From Breznakia blatticola (GTDB lineage: Bacteria; Bacillota_I; Bacilli_A; Erysipelotrichales; Erysipelotrichaceae), in contig NZ_SODD01000068.1 of NCBI RefSeq assembly GCF_004365815.1, positions 1 through 6,991 on the forward strand: a stretch of DNA of 6,991 nt, read 5' to 3'. Made by a program: the position numbers and the translations under genes. Positions 1 through 6,925 of the stretch are shown here, piece after piece. Numbering within the stretch: the first letter of the stretch is position 1; the number at the start of each line of letters is the position of its first letter. The notes under the pieces are model-generated. The model made no database searches and had not been told where the DNA came from. It saw nothing but the letters and a program-made list of their open reading frames with translations.

Positions 1-128
1 CATCACAAGAAATGCTTTAAAGACACATAAATTATTCAGTACTTATCAGTGATTTATCGAGACTTGGTATGCACTGGTTGAATTAAGCCTAAAATTATTA
101 AAGAATAAATAGCGAAGGGAGAGAGTTT

Positions 129-1481
129 ATGGACAACAATAAAGTAACAATTGAGGAACTACAAGCCCTCATACAAAGTAAAGATGTACGTCGTATCCGT
201 GAACTCTTCGATGAATATAATATTGTCGATATGAGTGATCTTGTCGAACAATTACAAATTGAAGATGTATTATTTGTATTTAAAATGTTGAAAAAAAATG
301 TAACTGCTGAGATTTTTTCCTATTTAACATATGATAAACAGGAAGAATTGATTGAAGCATTTACCGGACCAGAAATCCAAAGTATGTTAGATAACTTATA
401 TAGTGATGACATCGTTGACTTTATGGAAGAGATGCCTGCAAATGTTGTAAAACGTGTATTGCAAAATGCAAAACCGAATCAACGTGCAGAAATTAATAAG
501 TTATTGAACTACCGTGAGGATTCATGTGGTTCTATTATGAATACAAATTACATTACCTTAAAACGTTATGAAAGTGTATTAGAATCCATTCAACGTTTAC
601 GTAAATTAAAAAACATTGATCGTGCCTTAGGGTATGCATATATTACGGATAGTAAGCGTCAACTCATTGGTTCGCTTTCGTTAAAGCAATTGCTATATGC
701 GGAAGATAATGAACTGATTGAAGATATTATGGATACCGATTTAATTGTAGTCAAAACGGATGATGATCAAGAAAAAGCAGCACAATTGATTCGTAAATAT
801 GATATTTCAACAATTCCTGTAGTAAATGATGAAGGAAAAATCGCTGGAGCGATTACATATGATGATATCTTGGATGTTATGGAAGAAGAAACAACCGAAG
901 ATATTCATAAGATGTCTGCGATTACACCAACAGATAAACCATATTTGGAAACTGGTGTTTTTGCCATGTATAAACACCGTATTGTTTGGTTGCTAGTATT
1001 GATGATTGGGGCAACATTTACTGGAAATATTTTATTAATATTTGAAGATCATTTAAAAACGGTTGCATACCTTTCCGTATTTATTCCGATGTTGATGGAT
1101 GCTGCAGGAAATGCAGGAAATCAAAGTAGTACGATGATTACTCGAGCATTAGCCTTGGGTGAAGTGCATTTAACGGATATGCTTAAGATATGGTTTAAAG
1201 AAATTCGTGTAGCGTTCCTTTGTGGTCTAACAATGGGGATTGTGAATTTCTTCCGTGTCATTATATTTATGGGAATGGTAGATGTGCAAACATCCATTGT
1301 CGTATCAGTAACTGTTATGTGTACAGTTATGGTGGCAAAACTCATTGGGTGTACACTGCCAATGGTTGCCGAAAAACTTGGCTTTGACCCAGCAGTTATG
1401 GCAGGACCATTAATTACGACATTAGTTGATGTTGTTGCATTGTTAATTTACTTAGGTCTTGCTAGTGTTTTCTTGCTGTAA
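129..1481 (+). CDS. mgtE: Magnesium transporter MgtE (N-domain, tandem CBS, five-TM channel domain)
   Basis: 450-aa ORF. Acidic helical N-terminal domain, then a CBS-pair region (e.g. STIPVVNDEGKIAGAITYDDILDVMEEE). The C-terminal membrane domain carries MgtE hallmark segments PMLMDAAGNAGNQSS and GPLITTLVDVVALLIY. SD-like AAGGGAG at 115-121, 7 nt before ATG 129. Confidence 0.93.
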   Translation: MDNNKVTIEELQALIQSKDVRRIRELFDEYNIVDMSDLVEQLQIEDVLFVFKMLKKNVTAEIFSYLTYDKQEELIEAFTGPEIQSMLDNLYSDDIVDFMEEMPANVVKRVLQNAKPNQRAEINKLLNYREDSCGSIMNTNYITLKRYESVLESIQRLRKLKNIDRALGYAYITDSKRQLIGSLSLKQLLYAEDNELIEDIMDTDLIVVKTDDDQEKAAQLIRKYDISTIPVVNDEGKIAGAITYDDILDVMEEETTEDIHKMSAITPTDKPYLETGVFAMYKHRIVWLLVLMIGATFTGNILLIFEDHLKTVAYLSVFIPMLMDAAGNAGNQSSTMITRALALGEVHLTDMLKIWFKEIRVAFLCGLTMGIVNFFRVIIFMGMVDVQTSIVVSVTVMCTVMVAKLIGCTLPMVAEKLGFDPAVMAGPLITTLVDVVALLIYLGLASVFLL

Positions 1482-1499
1482 GACAAGAAGGAGGAACAT

Positions 1500-2942
1500 A
1501 TGTTTAAAGATGATAACCTACACCAAGCAATGCTTGAGTTTCTAGGAAAAAAAGAAAATGAAATGATTACCTCAGATGAGTTAGAAAAAATAGATATATT
1601 ATCTTTACGTAATAAAGATATTGAATTTATTGATGGGTTGGAAGACTGTATCAACTTAGAAGTGTTAGATTTAACTGGAAATCGAATTGAACACATTCAT
1701 CCATTAGAAAAACTAACCAAGCTAACGAAACTTCGTTTATCAAGAAATGCATTGCAAAGTATTGAACCATTAAAAGACTTACAACGATTATCCAATTTGG
1801 ATATTTCGCATAATGAAGTATTCCCACTAGATTTACGTCGTCTAAAAGACTTAGATAATCTAGAAGTACTTAATATTAACAGTACAAATGTTTCACATAT
1901 TGATAAACTTGATAAGCTTGATAAACTACGTGAACTACATGGTGGTGTACGTAGTGATAACTTTGATTTATCTGTGTATTCAGAATTAAAAAACTTAGAA
2001 GAATTACATTTACCAAAAATGTGGCTATATGATATTTGTAAGTTACAAGGATTAAGAAAACTACGTGTACTAGATATTTCGGGTAACTTATTTCATGACA
2101 TTTCTGTCCTTGAAGATTTTGATAGTCTAGAAGAATTAAATCTTTCTAACAACAAGTATTTACATGATATTTCCTTGTTGGCAAAATGTAAGAATTTAAA
2201 AAGTTTACAGTTAAATAACTGTAAACTAATGAATATTGATGCTTTAGAAGGACTTACAAAGTTAGAGAATTTAAACTTAGAATACTGTGAAATTAAAGAC
2301 TTAAGTCCAATTCGCAATCTAACAAATTTGGTGCGTTTGGATTTAGGAAAAAATAGAATTACTGATATTTCCATTCTAGAGAAATTACGCAAGATAGAAA
2401 ATCTAACAATTGATCATACATATTTAACGGATTTAAGTTTCTTAAAAGACTTTGATTGTATTCATGAATTAGATTTCCACAATAACATGATTTTGGATAT
2501 TACTCCATTAGCTGAATGTACGCATTTACGTGTACTAGATGCATCAAATAACTGGTTTAGTGATCTAACTCCTGTAAAAGATTTAGTTGACTTACAAGCG
2601 CTTAAAATCGCCAACAATAAAGTAGAATCACTTGAACCATTAAAGAACTTAACGGAACTACGAATTTTAGACATCTACAATAATGTAGTGGAAGACTTAA
2701 CGCCATTACAAAATATGATGAAACTAATTCGCTTACGTGCAGATCATAACTCAATTATGGATCTTGCTCCAATTCAAAACCTAACGAATCTTGTAAGTTT
2801 AACGCTTAAAGCAAACTATATTACAGATTTAGAACCATTAATTGGTATGAATAAGCTATATGAATTACGACTTGATTCAAATCCACTTGAAAATATGGAA
2901 CAACTTGAGAAGATGCAGTACTATGAAAAATTTACGTACTAG
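1500..2942 (+). CDS. LRR-only protein, internalin-type (about 20 tandem 22-residue LxxLxxLxLxxNxIxDIxxLxx repeats) with an internalin-like N-cap; no signal peptide, no cell-wall anchor, no other domain
   Basis: 480-aa ORF. AAGGAGG at 1488-1494, 5 nt before ATG 1500, and only 18 nt after the mgtE stop. Clear 22-aa periodicity, e.g. INLEVLDLTGNRIEHIHPLEKL, TKLTKLRLSRNALQSIEPLKDL, TNLVRLDLGKNRITDISILEKL, TELRILDIYNNVVEDLTPLQNM. The N-terminus MFKDDNLHQAMLEFLGKKENEMITSDELEKIDILSLRNKDIEFIDGL resembles the Listeria internalin cap as I recall it. No hydrophobic N-terminal stretch, no LPXTG. Confidence 0.88.
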   Translation: MFKDDNLHQAMLEFLGKKENEMITSDELEKIDILSLRNKDIEFIDGLEDCINLEVLDLTGNRIEHIHPLEKLTKLTKLRLSRNALQSIEPLKDLQRLSNLDISHNEVFPLDLRRLKDLDNLEVLNINSTNVSHIDKLDKLDKLRELHGGVRSDNFDLSVYSELKNLEELHLPKMWLYDICKLQGLRKLRVLDISGNLFHDISVLEDFDSLEELNLSNNKYLHDISLLAKCKNLKSLQLNNCKLMNIDALEGLTKLENLNLEYCEIKDLSPIRNLTNLVRLDLGKNRITDISILEKLRKIENLTIDHTYLTDLSFLKDFDCIHELDFHNNMILDITPLAECTHLRVLDASNNWFSDLTPVKDLVDLQALKIANNKVESLEPLKNLTELRILDIYNNVVEDLTPLQNMMKLIRLRADHNSIMDLAPIQNLTNLVSLTLKANYITDLEPLIGMNKLYELRLDSNPLENMEQLEKMQYYEKFTY

Positions 2943-2956
2943 AAAAGGAATGTAGA

Positions 2957-3148
2957 ATGAAACATGTAATTATGCTTAAAGACATGAAAACAAAAGAAGA
3001 TCGTGCTCGTGTCACAGAAGATTTAAATGATTTGGGTATTGAACACAGTTTTGATGTCGAACAAAAAACATTAGCGATTAACGACCGTGGTGATGCGGTT
3101 CGTAATGCAACTAGAATTTTAAGTGAAAATGGGTTCTTGACTTACTAA
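2957..3148 (+). CDS. Small hypothetical protein (63 aa), predicted beta-alpha-beta-beta-alpha-beta (HMA/ferredoxin-like) pattern lacking the CxxC metal site
   Basis: ORF starts 14 nt after the LRR stop. Weak SD AAAGGAA at 2944-2950, 6 nt before the ATG. The stop codon lies inside the terminator hairpin. Alternating hydrophobic/polar pattern: HVIMLKD, loop MKTKED, helix RARVTEDLNDLG, IEHSFDVEQKTLAIND, helix AVRNATRILSENG, FLTY. Coding status is supported by operon position and normal composition; function is unknown. Confidence 0.6.
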   Translation: MKHVIMLKDMKTKEDRARVTEDLNDLGIEHSFDVEQKTLAINDRGDAVRNATRILSENGFLTY

Positions 3149-3165
3149 GTCAGGCCCTTTTTTTT
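3131..3165 (+). terminator. Rho-independent terminator of the mgtE-LRR-small ORF operon; probably also serves the convergent rpiR gene
   Basis: Hairpin GGGTT(ct)TGACTT-act-AAGTCAGGCCC at 3131-3157 (about 11 bp with a 2-nt bulge and two G-U pairs), followed by T8 at 3158-3165. On the minus strand the same hairpin is followed by ATTTTC, a weaker U-tract, just after the rpiR stop at 3176-3178. Confidence 0.75.
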
Positions 3166-3175
3166 GTACGACTAA

Positions 3176-4006
3176 TTATAAATGTGAAGATACATTTTGT
3201 TTATTCTTTTCGTAGTTTAGTGAAAATACAATTGAATATAAGAGATCACTTACATATGTTAATGCTATACGAGATGATATTGGAGCTAGTTTATCATTGA
3301 ATTCTTCCGCTGGAGTTACCTGAATAACTACACTAGCAAATGTACACAATGGATTTAATTTAGGACCTGTTATCAATATATATGGAGTTTTTGATTCATG
3401 CATAGCTCGTGCAATTTTAATACTTTCTTCATCTATTCCATAATATGAAATAATGATAGTAATCTTATTTTTTACTTTCACCTGCGATTTAATAAACTGA
3501 AACCCTCTAACAATTTCTAGATTACTGTTTTTACCCATCCATAACATTTTATTGTGTAAATCAATTGCGGTTACTAAAGAATTACCATTTGCAAAAATAT
3601 CAATTTGATCTGCATTGTCTACTAGTGTGGCAGCTGCATGTATCTTTTCAATATCGATATTTTGGTATGTGTCGTTTAAGGTTTGATTACTTAAATTAAC
3701 GAGTTTTTTAGCAATCTCGTCGGAATGATCTTCTTTTTCAAAAGGAAAATTATATTCCACTCGGTTTGCATCCATTAAGGGGTTGTATACTTCTGCGACT
3801 AGTTGCAACTTAAAGGCACTAAAATTTGTGAACTTTAACTTCTTACAAAAGCGAGAAATCGTTGCAATACTACAAAATGTATTATTAGCAAGCGTGTGTA
3901 TATTCATCTCAGTAACTTGACGTATATTACCTAAAATATAATTTGATATGACTATCTCAGTATCAGAGAAATTATTCTGATTTTTCAAAGTATCGATTAA
4001 TAGCAT
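3176..4006 (-). CDS. RpiR/MurR-family transcriptional regulator (N-terminal HTH_6, C-terminal SIS phosphosugar-binding domain)
   Basis: N-terminus MLLIDTLKNQNNFSDTEIVISNYILGN...IHTLANNTFCSIATISRFCKKLKFTNFSAFKL is the typical RpiR HTH. The C-terminal half (IDIFANGNSLVTAIDLHNKMLWMG...ITIIISYYG...ILITGP) is SIS-like. The six-frame ORF extends to ATG 4018 (MEVHM...). I prefer the internal ATG at 4006 because GGAGG (4016-4012 on the minus strand) sits 5 nt upstream of it. The ATG at 4018 has only a weak AAGAAG upstream. Confidence 0.88.
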   Translation of the reverse strand: MLLIDTLKNQNNFSDTEIVISNYILGNIRQVTEMNIHTLANNTFCSIATISRFCKKLKFTNFSAFKLQLVAEVYNPLMDANRVEYNFPFEKEDHSDEIAKKLVNLSNQTLNDTYQNIDIEKIHAAATLVDNADQIDIFANGNSLVTAIDLHNKMLWMGKNSNLEIVRGFQFIKSQVKVKNKITIIISYYGIDEESIKIARAMHESKTPYILITGPKLNPLCTFASVVIQVTPAEEFNDKLAPISSRIALTYVSDLLYSIVFSLNYEKNKQNVSSHL

Positions 4007-4086
4007 ATGTACCTCCATGTTGCTTCTTATGTATAGTATAGCAATAAATAAGAAAAGTTAATTAATAACTTCTAAATTTATGGGTA

Positions 4087-4101
4087 TGTAAAAATTTTAC
4101 A
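4087..4101. promoter_or_regulatory. Perfect 15-bp palindrome TGTAAAAATTTTACA; candidate operator (site A) in the rpiR / nagB-like divergent region
   Basis: TGTAAAA-A-TTTTACA is a perfect 7+1+7 inverted repeat read directly from the sequence. It matches the motif TGTAAA-N3-TTTNCA that recurs at 4128, 5019 and 5061. Confidence 0.6.
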
Positions 4102-4127
4102 GAATTAACTCCGATTTGATAATTTGT

Positions 4128-4142
4128 TGTAAATGAATTTCA
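4128..4142 (+). promoter_or_regulatory. Candidate operator site B, TGTAAATGAATTTCA
   Basis: Same 15-bp frame as site A (TGTAAA-N3-nTTTCA), starting 41 bp downstream of it. It contains the small palindrome ATGAATTTCAT (4133-4143) and lies about 75 bp upstream of the nagB-like start. Confidence 0.5.
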
Positions 4143-4161
4143 TAGTAACTTTAGATTATAG

Positions 4162-4956
<795 letters not shown>

Positions 4957-4978
4957 TACACAATTTAATACACATGAA

Positions 4979-5010
4979 AGAATAAGAGCTAAAGTTCTTG
5001 TTCTTTTTTT
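4979..5010 (+). terminator. Rho-independent terminator after the nagB-like gene
   Basis: AGAATAAGAGC (4979-4989), loop TAAA, GTTCTTGTTCT (4994-5004). This is an 11-bp stem with two G-U pairs, followed by T6 (5005-5010). Confidence 0.75.
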
Positions 5011-5018
5011 ACTATATT

Positions 5019-5033
5019 TGAAAAAAATTTACA
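5019..5033 (-). promoter_or_regulatory. Candidate operator site D, TGTAAATTTTTTTCA read on the minus strand
   Basis: The plus strand reads TGAAAAAAATTTACA. Its reverse complement fits TGTAAA-N3-TTTTCA. It lies just after the nagB-like terminator and starts 42 bp before site C. Confidence 0.5.
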
Positions 5034-5060
5034 CGAAATGTACTGCAAAATAACACTTCA

Positions 5061-5075
5061 TGTAAAACGCTTTCA
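5061..5075 (+). promoter_or_regulatory. Candidate operator site C, TGTAAAACGCTTTCA (also weakly cre-like)
   Basis: Fits TGTAAA-N3-nTTTCA and lies about 100 bp upstream of the PTS start codon. The right half CGCTTTCA matches the CcpA cre half-site, but the left half is offset by one base. Confidence 0.5.
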
Positions 5076-5176
5076 TGATGTGTGAGAAGTATAGATTTCT
5101 CACGTGAATTTAGCTATTGTAAAAACAAATGAAGGGAGGTATTCACTCCCAACATGATCTATAAAGGAGGAAGAAT

Positions 5177-6604
5177 ATGAGTGACAAAAGAAAAGAGAAC
5201 TTAAGTTACAAAGAGAAAGGAGAAGCAATTTTAAAATTAGTTGGTGGCAGTGACAATGTAACTGGTTTAACGAACTGTATGACTAGATTGCGATTTAGAT
5301 TAAAAGACAGTTTACTATTTAATGTAAAAGCGCTTGAAGAATTATCATATGTACTCGGTGCAGTGAAAAACGATAACGAATTTCAAGTTATTATTGGAGC
5401 AGATGTAGAAAACTTTTTTCAAGCGATTCAAAGTATGTTAAAAGACAATACACCAGAAGTAGAAGAAAAGAATACATCAATTGGAAATAAACTTATTGAT
5501 ACATTATCTGGTATTTTTACGCCAATTATTCCCGCTTTAACTGCTGCTGGTATGTTGCAAGCATTACTGGCTTTACTTGTAACATTCAAAGTGATTTCTG
5601 CTGATACACAAACATATCAAATTTTATCATTTATGGGAAATACAGCATTTTATTTTCTGCCAATACTAATTGCTAATTCAGCAGCTAAGAAATTTAAATG
5701 TAATCATTATTTAGCAATGATGCTTGGTGCAATGTTATTACATCCTGATTTTATTGGTATGGTAGCGAATTCGATGGAAAGTGGTGTAGATATTAATTTT
5801 ATTGGTATACCTGTCTATAATGCTACGTATTCGTCATCTGTAATTCCAATTATATTAGGTGTATGGGTAATGTCTAAAGTAGATCCATTAGTTGATAGAA
5901 TATCACCAAAACCGGTGAAATTCTTTATGCGTCCTATGCTGACGTTCTTGATAACAGGAATTCTGACTTTGGTAGCTTTAGGTCCAATTGGATATATTGT
6001 TGCTGTGTGGATTAGTGATGGAATTAATATGTTGAATAATATTGCGGGATGGATCGTACCAACTGTGATTGGAGCAACTTTACCACTTATGGTAATGACA
6101 GGAGTTCATCATGGTTTGATTCCAATTGCAATTAATAACATGGCAACTATTGGATACGATTCAATGATTTTTCCGGGTCAACTTGCTTCAAATGTTGCAC
6201 AAGGAGCAGCAGGATTTGCAGTATCTTTAAAAGCAAAAGATAGTCAAATTAAGCAAATGGCAAGTGCAACTAGTTTTACTGCTATGTGTGGAATTACTGA
6301 ACCAATCTTGTATGGAGTGACAATGAATGTGAAAACAAACTTAATTGCTACAATGGTAGGTGGAGCAGTTTCTGGTTTCTTCTTTGGAATATTTAATGTC
6401 AAAAATTATTTGTTTGCAGCTCCTGGATTGTTAACTTTGACTGGATACATTAATGAAAGTGCAGGAATGAATAATTTCTATTTAGTGATTGTTGGAACAC
6501 TATTAGGAGCACTTGTATCATTTACATTGGCTTTCATCTTATATAAGGATAAGAGTAAAGATGAAAAAGAAATTATTCATCTTAATACTGTAAAGAACAA
6601 ATGA
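5177..6604 (+). CDS. PTS system EIIBC component, glucose-superfamily sucrose/beta-glucoside/MurNAc-type (domain order B then C); no EIIA domain
   Basis: 475-aa ORF. AAGGAGG at 5164-5170, 6 nt before the ATG. The EIIB domain carries the phosphorylatable-cysteine motif LTNCMTRLRFRLKD (Cys34) and QVIIGADVENFF. The polytopic EIIC domain carries GIFTPIIPALTAAGMLQALL and the conserved GITEPILYGV loop. Confidence 0.92.
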   Translation: MSDKRKENLSYKEKGEAILKLVGGSDNVTGLTNCMTRLRFRLKDSLLFNVKALEELSYVLGAVKNDNEFQVIIGADVENFFQAIQSMLKDNTPEVEEKNTSIGNKLIDTLSGIFTPIIPALTAAGMLQALLALLVTFKVISADTQTYQILSFMGNTAFYFLPILIANSAAKKFKCNHYLAMMLGAMLLHPDFIGMVANSMESGVDINFIGIPVYNATYSSSVIPIILGVWVMSKVDPLVDRISPKPVKFFMRPMLTFLITGILTLVALGPIGYIVAVWISDGINMLNNIAGWIVPTVIGATLPLMVMTGVHHGLIPIAINNMATIGYDSMIFPGQLASNVAQGAAGFAVSLKAKDSQIKQMASATSFTAMCGITEPILYGVTMNVKTNLIATMVGGAVSGFFFGIFNVKNYLFAAPGLLTLTGYINESAGMNNFYLVIVGTLLGALVSFTLAFILYKDKSKDEKEIIHLNTVKNK

Positions 6605-6634
6605 TGAGTTTGTTTCGCTATTTTCTTAAAATAT

Positions 6635-6668
6635 AAAAAAATAAAAACCCCATCGAATATGGGGTTTT
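6635..6668. terminator. Bidirectional intrinsic terminator shared by the PTS gene (+) and the tRNA operon (-)
   Basis: Hairpin AAAACCCCAT-cgaat-ATGGGGTTTT at 6644-6668. The plus direction ends in only T4. The minus direction is followed by TTTTTATTTTTTT (complement of 6635-6647), so it is stronger for the tRNA transcript. Confidence 0.8.
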
Positions 6669-6686
6669 AACGTCTTAAATTGAGTT

Positions 6687-6760
6687 TGGAGCGAGCGAGG
6701 AGAATCGAACTCCCGTATCGACCTTGGCAAGGTCGTGTTCTACCATTAAACTACGCTCGC
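6687..6760 (-). tRNA. tRNA-Gly (anticodon GCC), CCA encoded
   Basis: The reverse complement folds as a cloverleaf: GCGAGCG TA GTTT AATGGTA GAAC A CGACC TTGCCAA GGTCG ATAC GGGAG TTCGATT CTCCT CGCTCGC T CCA. Perfect 7-bp acceptor stem, anticodon loop TT-GCC-AA, TTCGATT T-loop, 4-nt variable loop, 74 nt. Confidence 0.94.
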
Positions 6761-6777
6761 ACTTGGTTATTTTAAAA

Positions 6778-6868
6778 TGGCGGAGTAGGAGAGATTTGAA
6801 CTCTCGCGCCAGTTTCCCGACCTATACCCTTAGCAGGGGCACCTCTTCAGCCACTTGAGTACTACTCC
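6778..6868 (-). tRNA. tRNA-Ser (anticodon GCU), class II with long variable arm, CCA encoded
   Basis: Reverse complement: GGAGTAG TA CTC AAGTGGCTGAA GAG G TGCCC CTGCTAA GGGTA, then a 19-nt variable arm TAGGTCGGGAAACTGGCGC, then GAGAG TTCAAAT CTCTC CTACTCC G CCA. Anticodon loop CT-GCT-AA, discriminator G, 91 nt. A 17-nt spacer separates it from tRNA-Gly. Confidence 0.94.
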
Positions 6869-6896
6869 ACAGTTATTCTCGTGACAACGCTCATTA

Positions 6897-6925
6897 ATAT
6901 TATCATATTCGACAGTCTTTGACAA
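6897..6925 (-). promoter_or_regulatory. Sigma-A type promoter of the tRNA-Ser/tRNA-Gly operon
   Basis: The minus strand reads TTGTCA (6925-6920), a 17-nt spacer, then TGaTAATAT (extended -10; hexamer TAATAT at 6902-6897). The predicted start is about 20 nt upstream of the tRNA-Ser 5' end. A+T-rich AACTTTT AACTTTT repeats (complement of 6932-6945) just upstream of the -35 look like an UP element. Confidence 0.7.

Noticed and set aside
1-128. Possible 3' part of an M-box (ykoK) Mg2+ riboswitch upstream of mgtE, plus a possible promoter TTGAAT (78-83), 17 nt, AAGAAT (101-106)
   Set aside because: Positions 1-30 (CATCACAAGAAATGCTTTAAAGACACATAA) only vaguely resemble the M-box 3' strand as I remember it. 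There is no terminator hairpin with a U-tract between 30 and 128; the only stem is a weak 5-bp CAGTG/CACTG pair with a 20-nt loop. Most of any aptamer would lie outside the window. A covariance-model search (Rfam RF00380) on the extended upstream sequence would decide. The promoter guess has a poor -10 and is not reported as a feature.
291-298. A8 homopolymer inside mgtE as a possible phase-variation tract
   Set aside because: It encodes Lys-Lys in an AT-rich genome. Tracts of this length are common there, and nothing else suggests contingency regulation.
1121-1345. 74-aa minus-strand ORF antisense to mgtE
   Set aside because: It lies wholly inside the well-supported mgtE CDS, has no SD, and its composition is typical of the antisense frame of an AT-rich gene.
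1448-1696. 82-aa minus-strand ORF spanning the mgtE/LRR junction
   Set aside because: It is antisense to two well-supported genes, Ser/Ile/Asn-rich and low in complexity, and has no recognisable motif or SD.
1902-1928. Tandem 3 x 9-bp repeat GATAAACTT GATAAGCTT GATAAACTA (encodes DKLDKLDKL) inside the LRR gene
   Set aside because: It is short, imperfect and in frame, so slippage would only add or remove a DKL unit. It is a by-product of LRR periodicity rather than a phase-variation switch.
2093-2674. Two minus-strand ORFs (2093-2392, 99 aa; 2462-2674, 70 aa) antisense to the LRR gene
   Set aside because: They are shadow ORFs of the repetitive LRR coding sequence, rich in Ser/Lys/Phe, with no start context. 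The plus-strand frame carries an unmistakable 22-aa LRR periodicity.
5061-5075. CcpA catabolite-responsive element (cre) upstream of the PTS gene
   Set aside because: Only the right half (CGCTTTCA) fits TGWAANCGNTNWCA. The left half is out of register by one base, making the site 15 bp rather than 14 bp. The same 15-bp frame recurs three more times without a central CG, so I interpret it as the local regulator's operator. A weak dual role cannot be excluded.
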